Shown here: piece by piece, positions 63,031 to 64,000 of the stretch | Numbering within the stretch: the stretch's first letter is position 1 | Layout of the letters: every line of letters starts with the position of its first letter | Origin: Diadema antillarum | Taxonomy: Eukaryota | NCBI RefSeq assembly: GCF_040938485.1 | Contig: NW_027271075.1 | Location: forward strand, 496,001-560,000 | Direction: 5' to 3' | DNA: 64,000 nt | Notes under the pieces: model-generated | Seen by the model: only the letters and a program-made list of their open reading frames with translations | Told to the model about the DNA's origin: nothing | Database searches by the model: none | Translations under genes and position numbers: made by a program

Positions 63031-63980
63031 CCTCTTCCGCACCGGCAGGAGGCCGGCCAGTGGCGACAGAAATAGATGCGGCTAAATTTGACGCACTATT
63101 TGCCGAGTTTGCGAGACAATTTTAGCAAAACCTCATATGGGAGCGGGTATTTTGTTTCCCCATTTAGCCAAAATGAGCATGGGATAAAAGAAATACAGTT
63201 ATCGGTGCAATATTGCAAATCATACCTTAATCTTCCTGGTGCAAAGTAAATGCACCTATTTACTTGCCATGGAAGTTCAGAGTCATTTTGCTACTTTATT
63301 TATAGGAAATCACTGCTGAACTGAATTAGTAAACCATTGTTAACTACAGAAATCACAAAGCAAATTACATGTTGACTTTCTGACAACTTTGGTAACAAGA
63401 TATAGACATCTTTAATCTTCTACATCCAAGAGCTAGTCTCAACAGTTAAATACTATGGCAACAAAACTAATCAAATACTTGCTGCATATTCAAAAAGAAA
63501 AAAATAAAGACAAATGCTATTTCAGGATGTCATTTTCTATAACAGAAACATTACAAATTCATACAAAATTGGCATTATGTACCAAATTTGTAAGATTCAC
63601 CAAAACATATCATCAACACGTGCTATTTACATTCGAGCAGTTGAACAATATTGTAAACATAGACCTACAGAATACAATGTGCCCTAGTAGTAGTACATAA
63701 CAGGAGACAAACACGGCTAGGAAAACACACGCACACAGCTGGGAATAGCACTTGTGATGTCAATTGCAATTAATAGATCATACGTTTTTAACACGCAAAT
63801 ATGACGATCCTTGACTATACATTTTCATATACTGCTGAACAAAGCTAGTAAAAACCCTGCATACTGGCTTCTGCTCAATCTATTCCTGGCCAGCTCCATT
63901 CTTCCTTTAATAGTGATGACATCAGATAAAAGACTGTATTGTGAGGCTTATTTGAGCGGCATATCGGCAGCCCACTTTCT

Positions 63981-63994
63981 GTTGCCATGGAGAC
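63981..63994 (-). promoter_or_regulatory. RFX X-box-like site GTCTCCATGGCAAC
   Basis: Full 14-bp match to the GTNNYYATRRNAAC consensus on the minus strand. Confidence 0.45.
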
Positions 63995-64000
63995 GATATA

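Noticed and set aside
44142-64000. Search for the Gln-rich N-terminal exons of the HDAC
   Set aside because: No CAG/CAA-rich exon with splice sites was found on the minus strand; these exons are probably upstream of the window.

Overview
Eukaryotic genomic DNA: AT-rich, with long introns, microsatellites and three N-gaps. It is probably from an echinoderm such as a sea urchin, which is an inference from repeat style and gene structure. The minus strand carries most of one class IIa histone deacetylase gene (HDAC4/5/7/9 orthologue). I traced 19 GT-AG exons from 44141 down to the window edge. They join into about 800 codons running from the MEF2-binding motif (AVASTEVKDKL), through three 14-3-3 sites, the NLS and the IKQE SUMO motif, into the deacetylase domain. 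The N-terminal Gln-rich exons and the C-terminus were not found and probably lie outside the window. The enzyme keeps the catalytic Tyr (LEGGY) that vertebrate class IIa enzymes replace with His, and has an unusual DVHHGNST motif. The introns contain many non-autonomous mobile elements (Kolobok-like, piggyBac-like, Tc1/mariner-like, Harbinger-like, Helentron-like, SINEs). The most unusual structure is a 6.56 kb TA-flanked element at 49572-56135 with no recognisable transposase. It has 30-bp TIRs, sub-terminal TAACG arrays, a nested CAGG-ended element, a roughly 24-unit 71-bp dyad-containing array and tiny hairpins flanked by 7-bp direct repeats. MEF2 and RFX-like sites in CpG-rich intronic islands suggest feedback regulation. 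I found no prokaryotic-type system (CRISPR, operon).
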